Assembly: GCA_047495785.1 (NCBI GenBank)
Contig: JBLDXI010000001.1
Span: 186,001 to 250,000 of the forward strand
Reading direction: 5' to 3'
Length of the DNA stretch: 64,000 bases
Source: Lepidodermella squamata
Taxonomy: Eukaryota > Animalia > Gastrotricha
In this document: piece by piece, positions 13,201 to 26,700 of the stretch
Layout: each line of letters begins with the position of its first letter
How positions within the stretch are numbered: the stretch's first letter is position 1
Notes under the pieces: model-generated
The model's input: the letters and a program-made list of their open reading frames with translations, nothing else
Databases searched by the model: none
Told to the model about the DNA's origin: nothing
Position numbers and translations under genes: made by a program

Positions 13201-16200
13201 ACGCCATCGCGAACGCGCCTTCATACTTGCTGGCATCTAACAACATGATATTTTTATGTCTAAAATTGTTGCGGCCCCAACTCTCTCTCAGCAACTTGTA
13301 AGTTGCATCGCATTTAATAACACACCGGCGTTGATGAAAAATAATACGAGGGAGCGCGCGAGTGAGCGCAGGCCGATGATGCCGAGCGCAAAAAGTGAGC
13401 AAATCTAGGTATAAAAAAAAGTTTGATGAACACCGCCACATTTTCAGCAGATACATTCACTAGCAGCGAGAACTACCTATACACATCCGCAAATAGCTTG
13501 TCGACATATCATCATAAAAATTGCCCTGCTATTTTCTAGCAATCATTCATTCCAAACCGTTTCACGCTATTTACAGGTAAAAATCGCGCAGGTAGCAGAA
13601 TAGGTAGCAGAAAGAGCGAAAAGCCAAGAATTAGAAAAATCTTATAGGAAGAACTTATTAGGATGACTGAACTAAAATTCATCCAGAGATGGATCATACT
13701 TTGATGATGATTATGATGTTTTGTACATATGCACACATAGTAATACATGATGGAAAAATATAATTTTGGGATATGTTTGCGTTGCTAGTTCTTTTCGCTC
13801 TTCTTTTTGAAGCGGAAAGAATACAGCGGGCGCGGTTTTTTATACCGTAATATTCGCGTTCACATTCTCTAAAAAAAAATCTCCAATTCTTAGCAGCTAA
13901 CTGCTCGCATTATTATTTTTTACAGACGCTTTCCAGTTTTTGACGTTTTATTACCGTGACGTGTGCGCACTTGCGCTTGCAACGCAAAACGAGCCGCCCT
14001 TGATTATTTTTTTGACTGCATCATCTGTAATACCTACATATTTCTAAATGTAAAATGTAAAAGAAAGATAAATAGCCATTGTTCCTTCAAAAAAAGAAAG
14101 CAAACAAAAAACGACTTGAGAATATGATAATAAACGCGCGCACTCTCCTCGGAAAGGAAAATTTATATAATGCAAAGGTAACTTCGAGACGATTCCTAAT
14201 AGCGAGTATGGAACATCATGCATCACAGACTCCATGGGTGCGTGATATTAAAATTGGCAAACAAAAAGTTGCACGACACAAATATGAAATTATTATGATA
14301 TTATTATCTAACTAATATTATATATATAAGTCAAGGTGCTGTCAAATAGGCTGCGCAAAACCAGTCGCCGTGCTAAAAAAGCATCTTCAAGAGTGTAAGA
14401 GCAGCCGTAAGATTTGATAACCTATTGCTTACCGATGATACTCCTGCCCGGCTTCTATTCGTTTGGGCTATAGAACCCTCAGCTCCATTTACAAGTTGCT
14501 TGTTTTAGCAAAACCTGACATGGAGAGAGGCCAAAATAAAATGTCCAATTTTATTGAAAGCCCCAAGATGTTGTTTATTAACAAATTTTCAGAGACTATG
14601 AACAATTTCGATAAAATTACACCAATTTACTTTGAAGGACCGGGCTTATTAGGCTTCTGTTAATTGAAGTGTTGTCACGTTGAACTGCGAAAAAATTGCC
14701 GCGGGCTTTTGACAAGAGCTTGTCCGTACGTAGTTGAAGTTGTGGGACTAAATTCCACGACTAATATACGGAATAGCGTTCCTATAAATTTGCAGTAAAA
14801 TCGTGGGCCATTCGAGAGACAAGTGTTATGGCGAAAATAATAACGCTGTAATATTCTATCATTGGCGCCGCGTTTAATTCCATTAGATTGGTCTCGTATA
14901 TACTACGCTACAACGATGTTAAATCAACTTCTCTAATTTTTCCTTAGTTTTTATTAAAACAATAAGATGTTTTCTTGGTATAGGCCGCCGTGCCCTCGCG
15001 CCATCTCGTAAAACAAAAATTCTCAACGAAATTGGTTCCGTTTTATTAGGAACAAGGGCGCCTAAATGTGGTGGGAATGGACCGAAACAAAATGCCTCCG
15101 TCACTGACTGGATAAGTACTAAAATGATTGCATCAATATTTTTATAATTTATAATCATAAATAATAGTCTAATACTGTAATTTAGACGGAAAATAAATTA
15201 AGTATTTGAGACTTCAGCTCTTGTTATATAGCAAACACTATTATATATTGAAACCGAAATGGTGGAGTATAATCGAATCAGAGAGGATATAAATTCGAAA
15301 TTATAAAATCATTACAAATAACATAATGGATACGGCAAATAAAATACACAAATATATAAGAAATAAATAAATAGGCAGTGTTATCAGAAGTGGAGCCACG
15401 TCTATGAGTTCTTCAATTTTAGACGCGATATACGGCCTTATTAAGTCAAATTGATACTTAGAGCAAACATGAAACGTAAACATAATTGAAAATGGAATTT
15501 TAATTTCTAGATTTGCCGCACCAGCCGCGCAGACCGAATTTGGTTAAATATTTTCCTCCACCATCGAGAAAGTTTTACTAATTTCTTAGCTTGCGCGCAT
15601 ATAATATAGCACAACTATGCATATTATTATATGGATACAACATGCGAAATGAAAAACATAATTTTTCCAACTTATATAAGTATATGCCGGAATGAGGATA
15701 GGTGCAATGAAAACTAGTGGCTGTAAAAAATGCGATGCTGTCATGAGCACATATATTACGAAAAATTAACCATGCCAATTTTCGTTTTCAAAATTATTGC
15801 GACTCAAATAAACTCATGCATTCGTGAAGTGAAGCGTACTTCAGGGCGGCATATTAGCCTGGTAATCACTAATATGACAATTTGAAACTTAATCTCGCGG
15901 AAGGGCAAACTTATGCATGGCCCTACGACTTCACCTGCGCTAGCAAGCAAAATTGAAAGTAACAGCTTTCGAGAAAGAAGCAAGCTATTTTTACCCTGGG
16001 AGAAGCATATGATGAGGTTAAAGTGTGACGCGTTGAAAATTCAGTTCCCATGTGCGACAGCCATTTCAATATAATACATGGCACTGGTGCGATGGAAAAA
16101 TCACAACTGCTTTTATGTAGGCACTTGGGTCGATAGAAATTCAACTTCGTGTTTTCTTGTTTTATCGGGCCGTTCTGATTTTTTTTCGGAATAACCGCGC

Positions 16201-16250
16201 TTTTTTTCTTCTCACTTGGGTATTGCAGGCGAAGACGAAGTGCTGCTAAA
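7260..16250. promoter_or_regulatory. About 9 kb non-coding region upstream of the zinc-finger gene (probable cis-regulatory landscape / 5'UTR introns)
   Basis: Only short low-complexity ORFs with no recognisable domains, in contrast to sub-kb spacers between housekeeping genes elsewhere in the window. The regulatory role is inferred. Confidence 0.5.
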
Positions 16251-16738
16251 TCCAACAGCCCAATTTATAAAAAACAATAATTCAATAAAATTACAAAAAA
16301 CGGCTTTCCGAACAAGGACTAACGCCGCTACTTTACACAGGTGATATATTGTAATTGTTATAATTCTTCCATGTAACACTTGATCAGCTGCTTGCCATTC
16401 GAATAACCCATGTCTGCCAAGTGAATGTTGCTATGTAATTCAATAACACATAGATCAACCCGTGATTATTAGCAAAATCTTTATTCAAATTTGAAGCAGA
16501 ATTGCTGGGCAATAATTTAAAAAACTTCAACAAGGCTTAGGAGTCAGTTAGTAAATCCAGAGCTGCGATGTAAGCTTCAAGCGGGTGATAAACCGCTCAA
16601 GCATCACAACTGGCTCGACCAAATCAGACCGGAGTTTAACTCAATGGTTCAACCACATTGCTATAAGCTTTCTCAGTTATATACAAAGACAAGAAAGTCG
16701 ACAGCAACAGTAAAAATTGACACTAGTAAAAGGGAGGC

Positions 16739-18001
16739 TCAGTGGTCCTCAGGGATCGAGGAAGCTGGATCGGCATACGGCTCACTGGGTGGTTTTTCTT
16801 TCGACGAACCCTTGTTGTCACTTGAATTACCGGGCTTGTGGGGCGATGAGGACGACGGAGTTGAAGATGAGGAAGGCGAAAATGGCTCCCGAGATTCGAG
16901 ACTGAAAGGAGGAATACGGCAGTCGAAAAACGTTGGCTGAGCGTTCGTTGACGACAGTCGTTCCATCTTGAAAGTTCCCCACATATGTCCACTCGGGCTT
17001 TGTAATGAAATGTGACTGGTGTATTGAAAGGCTGGCTGGCCAGGTGATAGCACTGGCTCTTGGCCAACTACGCCGCGGCCTTGAACCGTTTCCAAGGTCC
17101 CGGACAATGAAAAGATACGCCAATGTCTTTCACGGAGTTGTACGGGTTCTTGAGTCATATTTTCCAGACGGATTAAATAGCGCCACCAATAAACCGATGA
17201 ACCCTGCATTTCGCGGCAGCCCATGTAAAATGGGATTACTGTGACGCGAATCCCTTCAGTTGTCTCCCGATGGACGTCTGACAGTTCCAGCCACGTTTTG
17301 TTCCGGTCTTGCCAAGCACGCAAAGTCTCTCGCTGTTGCAGTGAAGCGTGCGAACCGTCTTCTGAAGACACATTTTCATAAGAGAAGAACTAGCAATACC
17401 AACAAATTAATGGTGGATGATATGAGGAAATAAAAACAAACCTTATCGAAAAGCTCATGTCTAAGTGGTGGTGATTCACTTGTGGTATACGGCAAAATGT
17501 CTTCATGACTGACATAGTCGAGTCCAGGGATAGCATATAACGCCCTGCCACTTTCGCGAGAGCCGAGAAACGTCACTGATTCAGTCTGAGCCCGAATATG
17601 GGGACAATCTCGCGAATCGATCAAACATTGATAAAAAGAATGAGGTACGCCATTCACCTCTTTAGAACTGTTTGTTCTAAAATAATAACAAGATAAATGA
17701 TGTTGCATAGAGAATGGGCAGACTATTCATACCTTGTGTGAGGCACTCTTGGCTGATCTCTGTCAAACACTTGCGCCAGCCAAGGAAATAAGATTACACC
17801 ACGATAGCCAAAAACACGGTGAAGAAACAGCTGGCCGACCGAATACTGTCCAACTTCCTTTCGAGCCTCCAATATTCCAACTTCGGCTAATCTTGATTAT
17901 ATATATGCATGGAAATTATTGCTGAATTACATAAATATGCAAGAATACCTTGTAGAGTAGAATCTTCTAAAGCTGAGCATCACACCGAAGAGTCTAGTCA
18001 T
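16739..18001 (-). CDS. POLDIP2: Polymerase delta-interacting protein 2 (YccV-like + ApaG domains), 4 coding exons
   Basis: Exons about 18001-17949, 17891-17733, 17676-17442, 17389-16739. Spliced protein: MTRLFGVMLSFRRFYSTRLAEVG (mitochondrial-presequence-like), GQLFLHRVFGYRGVILFPW, IPGLDYVSHEDILPY, and ApaG WRYLIRLEN...LRERHWRI...GRGVVGQEP...GHMWGTF. Confidence 0.95.
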
Positions 18002-18146
18002 TTCCAATGAGACAAGATACAGTAAAACCTAGAATAAACGCACAGAAAGACGTTAATATTACTAAATGAGTCTAGAGCATCAGTGTTATTGGTTCCACGC
18101 AATTGAATCGTTAATATTCAATATGACACTCAACCTCTTTGGCGAA

Positions 18147-18221
18147 TACTGTATACGTGCAAATTTTCGCGAATTTCGCGAGAGAAAAATGGCCCTCGCG
18201 AAAATGTTCACGTATACAGTA
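18147..18221. mobile_element. 75-bp miniature inverted-repeat element with terminal TA (Tc1/mariner-type MITE remnant)
   Basis: Left arm TACTGTATACGTGCAAATTTTCGCGA versus reverse complement of right arm TACTGTATACGTGAACATTTTCGCGA: 24/26 match, TA at both ends. Confidence 0.7.
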
Positions 18222-20725
18222 AACTCTTCAAGCAATCACCAATCGGCTGCAATTGATGAACTCACTTTGCGTCACTGAATGATATACTACTTAACCGGCA
18301 CCTTATTATTATGTGTGCATTCATGACATTTCAATGCAGTGAAGAGGTCAAATCAGCTTGCAGCAACTTCTCTCAGACGCGTCAGATCATTCCGGCATCT
18401 AGCAGGCGAACTACATCGATATAACTACATTCCATTAGTCTTTCAACTTATACGCTGGCGTTCTATGTACGCTGCCTCGGCCAAACCTGCAACTAAGTAG
18501 TTTACTTGTCTTCTATCCACAAGACTATTCACAAGCCGCGCGCTGAATCGCCAACATTCATAAAACGCTAAAAACGCCGCTAGCTACATAAGTAGGATGG
18601 CAATACACGCTTTCAGTCATTTACTAATTCTACCTCGTCAGGTGATGGGTGATCTGGTGGTTTCATGGGTCATGGATGAGGGCAGTGATGCTGATTGACA
18701 AAATGATTATTAGCTTTTTCAACTCAAGATGTTGACAGTCGTATCGGCTTGAGGAAAGAAGACCAGAAACGAAGGATGTCGGACAGATACGTACCCGATA
18801 CGTCCATATTCGTATTAGAATTCGAAAATTGATACGCAGGTATTTGCCTCTCAAATGTCTGCGAACGGCTAACGTTAAGCGAACTTAGAAGCGCGAGAGC
18901 AGAGATTTGTGGTTTGATCACGTGACCAAGGATATAAATGGTCAAGGTCGTTCTTTATTATTGATAAAAAAAATTAAAATAAATATCCTAGCTACATCGG
19001 GTCAGGATAATTCAGGTCACGCCGAGATTAAATTAAATAAATTATCTCAAATATTTTTGTTTGACCTTGACCGCATTCAGAGCGCTATCTTTTTTCTTTT
19101 ACACACTTGTTGCGCTGATATCGTCCCACCTCGATCAGCTTTCGATCAGCCTCCAATGATCGATATGTCGTTAGAATAGTGACCCTTGGCCGAACCAAAG
19201 TCCCAATCTCAATCTTTCTGGTTCCCAATCTTCCAGATCTCTACCTTCGCTAGATATTTCTGTTGAAAAAGGTATCTGAAGTTGGCAGGTCACGCGGTCC
19301 AATTATTTTTTCCGGCCCCCAACTCATTAGAATGCCACCTGAAAGTAGTTCAATCGATCTTAAATATGAATGACCCGCTATTTATTGATCCCCCAGCTTC
19401 GATTTCGTGGTTGAAAAGTAAAAAATCTTACTTTTTTCTGCTCAAACGGACCATTCCATGTCTCTTTTGCAGAGTCAGCGATGATGAAAAACTCGTTGCG
19501 TCCCTGCCGCTTATTTTTAACGACCATTAGCTGCCATTTATCATAAAACTCATTATCATTTTTTTGCCCTCGTACATTGTGCCCTTACTTCATAAAAGCT
19601 ATGTTTTACCTCGTTAACTTCATCTGACTGTTCTAAATTATGCGCAGACGATAACAGGTAAATTTCCTCAAAACAACAGTGTGCGTCTAATATTTTTGAA
19701 TGAACAACTGATGTTTAAAAATGCTTTTTCCCAGTTGCAAGACAGTACTCTGTAATCTTTGAAATCGCCGATTAAGATAACACGCGTATAGTAGTGCTGG
19801 ATCGGCAAGCTGAATTCCGATTTTTTCGGGCTTCTCAAGCTCTATCATCCCACAAGGCGAAGTCTATGTCCTCTTGGCTCTTTATGCAAATTACTAAGAT
19901 GGGGAGTAGTGGTTTGCGAATTTCCTCTGCTGGCTCATTTATCTTATTCTAACCAATCGAGCTTTTTGACTGTTTTTATTGCTGCCTGCGGATCATTGTA
20001 CTTATGTAGTGGTTTTGGGCTAGTCTTGTATATGATTGAATATTTATTGGTCAATATGGTGATAGGGCTTAAACAGAAATGATCAGAGATTGATGATGAC
20101 TGCTGTTTTGCGCCGCTTTGAATTATCTCGGTTTGGTATTACTTGTATTTTCAGAGTAATTGTCTCAACTCGAAATTATACCTTCGCGAGACAAGACTGA
20201 TTGTGATCTGATTGGAATTCAGCCCCATAGTTGAATTGAGCTAGGACCAAAGTCGACATGCTAGCTTAGCATTTGATTCTTTATTAATTTGAATTGAAAT
20301 TAGCCAATCAAGTCAAACCATGACCGACACTGCAGGTTTTTCTTCGGCGAGACACCGATTTTTGATCTTACTGTCTGCAGTCATTTATCGGATAATAGAC
20401 CATCTTCTTGTAGTAAAACAGTTATAAATTTTAAAACCTAACTTATTGCATTAATTTCACGGATTTAATTTGATGTGAAGCACTTGTCTTGTTGTCAACA
20501 TTAAAATATTATAATATACGACTTTATGTTCTGGAGTCATAGATAGTAATTTGATCTCTGTCGGGAGTGAAACGCTTGAACCTACATTTTTTTATTCCAG
20601 AATCTCCTCATTGCTTAATCACATCGCACAATTTACTGGATTTAATATTATTTCTATTGTTGATATTTGTTTTAGATAGCCGATTTACCCTTATTTCATC
20701 CCACCAGTAATGCTTCGGCGAAGAA

Positions 20726-23700
20726 ATGCTGATTCCACCCAACCGCTCATTTGCACTACGCAGTAACAGCTTTACACTTCGATTACCAGGCAAGCGCATA
20801 TTTCGATTTGATAAGCTTATTCATTCGTTTCTGTTACGTTCAGCTCTCTTGATTTTTCTGCATTTGATTTGCTGTGCATTTCCACAAGCGTCCACTCAGC
20901 AGCAACAAGCGGGAGTAGTCTGTGCATCTCTCCTGATAACAAATACAAAGCGGCCCGACGCGGAATTATCTGGCCGATCGGGATGTGAATACATTCTTCA
21001 AGATGTGACTTTGAGAGGAATAAATATTGCTGACTTCACCGCCGTAAGTTCTTTTATTTATTTTGTTTCGCTTGAGTTGCGTTGTGTGCATGTTTCCTAT
21101 CGCTTAACAAGTACTTACGTTTTTTTTGCTACCGTTTAGCTGAACGAAAAACTAAGCACCATCAGCTCTATTGATGGGGTTTTAGTGATTGATGATGTTG
21201 TGTACTCCGGCCGTTCTTCAAATGTGAGTCAGGCTACAATTCGCTTCCCTCGTCTAGTAGTGATTCGCGGCAATGGAGTCAGAAACCGGGCACCGGTTCT
21301 ACTCTCCAGTGGAACTTGTAAGAATACTATAACATGGAGATGAAGATGATCAAAAACTGGTTTATTTTTAGTCTACCCATCCGTTCTCATCCGCCAGTTT
21401 CAGGTGTCAGGCAGCCCAGTGTCTATTTCATTTCCGCAGCTTCGCAGTGTCAAGTCCGGTGATATCGTAGTTAGTTTATCGCTACAGGTACGATAGCTTC
21501 AGCATTAGATTTCGTAATATAAATTCGACAACATTTGATTTAACAGTTTGCTTTTGCGAAAAATATCAATTGGGATTCATTTTTGGAGAGCTCAGCTTTG
21601 CAGAAAGTTGACATTTCAACAGGCGGTCGAAGCACTTGTTCGCCGAGGTGTCCTGCCGATTTCAGCTTTTGCTTCGGCCCTGAGCAATCGGATTGTCAGT
21701 TACGCTCTCTTGGATCGTCGGGATGCGATTCAGAGTGTCTAGGGGGATGGTAAGCAGAGAGTAAATTTCAATTTCTTTTACTATAAACAGTTTTTCTGTT
21801 AACAGCACTGCGCCTTCAGATAAAACGAAGTGTTTTGCGTGCAAAAAATTCAGGGATGTTTTGACCAACGAGTGTTTTTCGGGTGGCTGCCCTCGGCTAT
21901 TCGATCAGACTGGAAAAATTCGACCAGATGGACGATACACCTTGGGAGAATCTGTAAGTTATTTACTTTCGATTTTCGGAATTTCGACAACGCCATCTTT
22001 CATTTTCAGTTTTGCGTGAAAGAATGTCCCACGGGCTTGGTTCGCTTCACCGATTCGTGCTTATTGCGCTGCCCTAGTTCGGATGATTTCCATTCCTTTG
22101 AGTCAGAAGGCGCTTGTAAAGAATGTCCCGATAAAAAGGTGCAGTGTCAAGAAGCAGTTGGCGAATGTTACCCTGAAAAGCTGGATGCACTTGATGGATT
22201 AGTCAAGGACTCAAATGTTGCTAATTTCGCCAGCTGCACGAAAATTGTCGGAGAAATGCTTATAGCTCGCGGTTATTTGAGTTACGAAAATGCGAAAAAG
22301 TACTTGACAAATATCAGGACAATCGTTGGAAAACTAAAAGTGCGATATACACTTTACCCGGACTTGGATTTTTTCGAAAACTTGACATCAATTGAAAACC
22401 GATGGGAGTCGGATACGTACACTGACGGCGCGGGAAACGACGCATCGCTGCTGATCGACAACAACATCGCGCTTCACAAATGGGGCATGCCTCGTTTAAG
22501 ATCGGTGCGAGGCCGAATCACGCTTTTGAACAACCCAAAACTATGCGTTCCACCGGCGGATGTGCTAACGTCGCAAGTCATCGCGCAGGAATCGCGAAAT
22601 ATGTCCGCAACGATTCGTTCGTCGGGCAACAACGACCCGTCGTCGCCGGAATGCGCGTGTAGCCCGAAATGTAAGCTAACGGCGCCGCAAAACAGTCAGT
22701 CTTGCATAGCCCCGAACGATCCGACTCAATGCGTCGCTTGCGCGTCTTTCAAGGACGCTGAAACCGGCGAGTGTCTGACCATCGATCAGTGCAGACCACC
22801 GCAGAATCGATACGTTTCAAACAGCTCGAGCACGCCTGGGCTGTGTAAGGCGTGCCACAGCGAGTGCGTTGGCTGTACTGGCGACGGGCCAATGAAATGC
22901 GCCGCTTGTAAAAACTTCAAAAGAAGCACAGATGGTGAGCTATTTTCGTGCTGGGTAATTCTTGATTAGTTTTTATTGATTATTCCTCTCTCACCGCAGG
23001 AGCGTGCGTATCGGAGTGCAGTGATAGCGAGTACGCTAATTTGTCGACGAATACGTGCGAGCCGTGTCACCCGGGCTGTTCGTCTGGCTGCTACGGTCCA
23101 GGCAATTCACTCTGCTCTTCGAATACGCCTGTGCAGCAGCCGACCAGTGGCTGCAAACCGGGCTGCAAGCTCATATTGTATTCGCAGAAGAATGAGGCGT
23201 TTTTATGCCAAGCTAATACGTGGTGAGCTAATTTTCGAAGCCGGTACCTTATACGAATGAGATAACACACAATTAGATGGGTACAAATAATCCACACAGA
23301 GACAAAAATAGAACAGCAAGGTGAAGAAACGTATAAGATTTTACTAAAGATTGTGTGCTCGCCAAAATGAAGTGGACAAAAATGAAAGTAGGGCAGTTTT
23401 AAGGAAACAATGTATTCGTGAGGTGTCATAAAGCTTGGACAATCAACAAATCAAAGGAAAAACAAGCAGTTGACACAAAGATAGGATTTATACAAAGTAT
23501 GTATGTTTCCTCAGATTAAAAAAAGCTGCTCGTATTTCTAGGTATCATCTAATAAATAATTTTTTGATCTCACGAGTACATTAAAATTACTCAGTTTGTC
23601 CGAGAGCAATCATTTGACCTTGAAAAAAATTCATTTTGGAATTTTAATTAGAATCAGCTGTATATCTAAGCATAGAAACGAATTTCTTTGCCTCAGGAAA

Positions 23701-26700
23701 ACACTTATAAATTAGTCCGTGACCCATTTTCACGTTATACAGTGTCAACTTTTCCGAATTTTTTGCGCAACAACAGAGCTTTTCTCGACGCTCAGACTTT
23801 TCTATGGAATACAACTATCATTTCTTGATTACTAAAATTAATTTTAAACCCTTTTACTAATGGGGCGGATTTTGCCTACTAACCGATGAAACAATGAAAC
23901 AATGAAACAATGAAAATTTTTATTTTTCCTCCTCCGCTGGTTCATTGTTGGCTTGTGATGGTAATATTCGCACAACAAGAGGAACCGTTTTACCGCAAAG
24001 GTTTAGGGGAGGGTGACGATCAGCGATCACGGGGTGCCGCCATCGGTCACATTCATGAAGAGCCTGCTTTTCGCATGAAATTCGAAATTCGCTATTGTTA
24101 AAGTTAGCATTCGCCATTCGTCGCGATCTCGCGCTGCTATTTGCGTCAGTTCCCAATCAGCTACTTCCTTAGTTTCAACCCTTATCACGACCGCTGTTTT
24201 CGCCGGTCTCCCAACTTTCGGGGGTCCTTCATAAATATTTTTGTATTGTAATTTGACCAATCCTATTTTATTGAGGCTTCTATTCATTGCGTGACGCCAG
24301 GTAGTTTTAGGTGCGCCTTTGGGTTTTTTCCATTTTTCGGGGTTATTCCAATTTAGCATTGCGTTTGTCAAGCTGCTAGCGTTATATTCATCTTCTCGAA
24401 TAATGTGGCCTAAGTATCTCATTCTTTGTTTTTCTATCAACCTTCCGACCTCTATGACTCCACCGCAAACCAATCTGAGGTCGTAGTTAGGTATGAAGTC
24501 CAATAATTTTATGCCCTACTAACCGGACCTCTTTGTTTGAATTTCAAATTTTTGGGTTTTACGTCTGCGTAAGCGTTGCATTTCTGGTTTATTTTTTCAG
24601 TCCCGATGGTTACTTCCAGTCTTCCAATTTCTCAGCTTATAATGCTGATGCGACTAAGACGCCGGAAGCGTGCTTCAGAAAGTCCGGCCGCGTGTTCCAG
24701 ACGTCGCCGCGCCCTGCTTATTGCCTACCTTGCTCAAATAACTGTCTCCGCTGCTCATCGTACTTTTCATGCTCACAGTGCGTGGCTGGCACGTACGAGC
24801 AGGTTATTCTTCTGTCGGCCGATTACGACTCGGACAACAAGCCGGCGAATAGCGGAGGCTCATTGCCGCGTTCTCTCGACTGCGTCGATCAATGCTATTC
24901 CGGATTTTACGGCGAAGTGACAAATGGTAACGGGCGGTGTCGTAAATGCGACGAAGCCTGTACGGTAATGCTACTTAATTATTTTGCTAAATCTCGTGCG
25001 TAATAAACACATTTTCGTATAGCAATGCAGTGGTCCAACTGCAGACAACTGCACGAAATGCCGCCTTCGTGTTCCAGTCGAACCTCCGAAAACCGTGGCC
25101 GGCGCTACGCAGGCTGCTATCAGCCCTCCGAAAAATCCCTGGAGCTGCGTCTCGCACTGCCCGCCTAAACTGCCGACGGTGATCGCGCTGTGCAACGAAA
25201 CCGAGACCACATCGCCGAAATCACCCAGCATTGCGATCACTAAGAAAAGTGACGCGCCTGATTGCATTTCTGCTGAAAAGGACATGGAGAAGTTCAACCA
25301 GACGCTGCCGACCGTGCTTGGGGAATGTTCGGCTCTCCTCGCTCAGAGTGGACCTTCGACAGGCGCCATCATCGGCGGGTCGGTCGCTGCCGGCCTCGTT
25401 GTCATCATCATCATAGTCGTGCTGATTGTCGTGTGCCAGCTGAGGAGACGGGCTCGCGATAAGAAAGAGACTGCTATCATGATGCAACGTCTCGAGCCGA
25501 CGCTCGAGCCTCAGGACGGCGCCACACGTGTCGACTCGATGGCCTCCTCGTTTTTCGGCTCGTCCAAGCCCGACATGGCTAACATGCGATTGATCGCCGA
25601 ATCTTCACTCAAGAAGGGCCAAATGCTGGGCAGGGGGGCGTTCGGCACAGTCTACGCCGGCATTTGGCAGCCAGAACCGGGTGTTCGGGTGCCGGTTGCT
25701 CTGAAAGTTCTGCGGCGACGCGGCCCAGCTGGTTTAACCACGGCGGTCGAAAGCCCGGTCGGCAGCGGCCAGCCGTTGACTGAGACGAAAGCTGATGTCA
25801 GCAGCAGTCGACCCCAATCCTTGGCAGAGAAGTCGTCTAACCCGATTGATGAAGTTATCAACGAGGCTCGAATTATGTGCTCCGTTTCTCACCCGTGTTG
25901 CGTCCGTGTCGTTGGTTTATGCCTCGGCTCTGAAGACGTTGTTCTGGTCACCCAGCTAATGCAGCTCGGTTCGTTGCTTGATCTCTTACTAGCTGAAAAG
26001 GCGACGTTCGAGAGCGGGTCAAGTGCCCAGCGCAAATTCGGAGCCTGGCACTTGCTGACCTGGGCGCATCAGATCGCAGATGGCATGAATTACCTGGAGA
26101 GTCGCGGCGTCATTCACCGTGACCTCGCGGCTCGCAATGTTCTCGTTCGCAATTTGACCCAAGTTCGTATCACAGATTTCGGACTCGCGAAACTGCTCGA
26201 GGGTCAGCAGCGCGTTTACCGGCCGATCGCGGGCGCGGGCGGCGAGCGGCTGCCGTTTAAGTGGCTTGCGGTTGAGTCGCTGATGCAGCGGGTTTTCACC
26301 CACAAGTCTGATGTTTGGAGTTTTGGCGTCACCCTATGGGAGCTTTTCACGTTCGGCGACCCGCCTTACGGTGCCGGAATAACACCGGACCGACTGATTG
26401 GGCAACTGGAGGACGGCAACCGACTACCTCAGCCGGCAATAGCCAGCATTGACGTCTATACGCCAATGATCAAGTGTTGGTTGCGCGACCCCGAGCTGCG
26501 GCCAAGTTTCGCTGAAATGGCAGAATGGTTCAAGGCTATGGTAGCCGACCCGGGTCGGTTCCTAGCGATACCTGGCGATTCGCATTTCCGTGAACCGAAT
26601 ACAGCGCCTGTCCTGCCGCCTTCGCCCAACGAATTACTCGCGGATCTCGGTGTTTCAAATCAAGTATATGGAGAGGTCAGTTCCTTTACTCTTCATGAGA

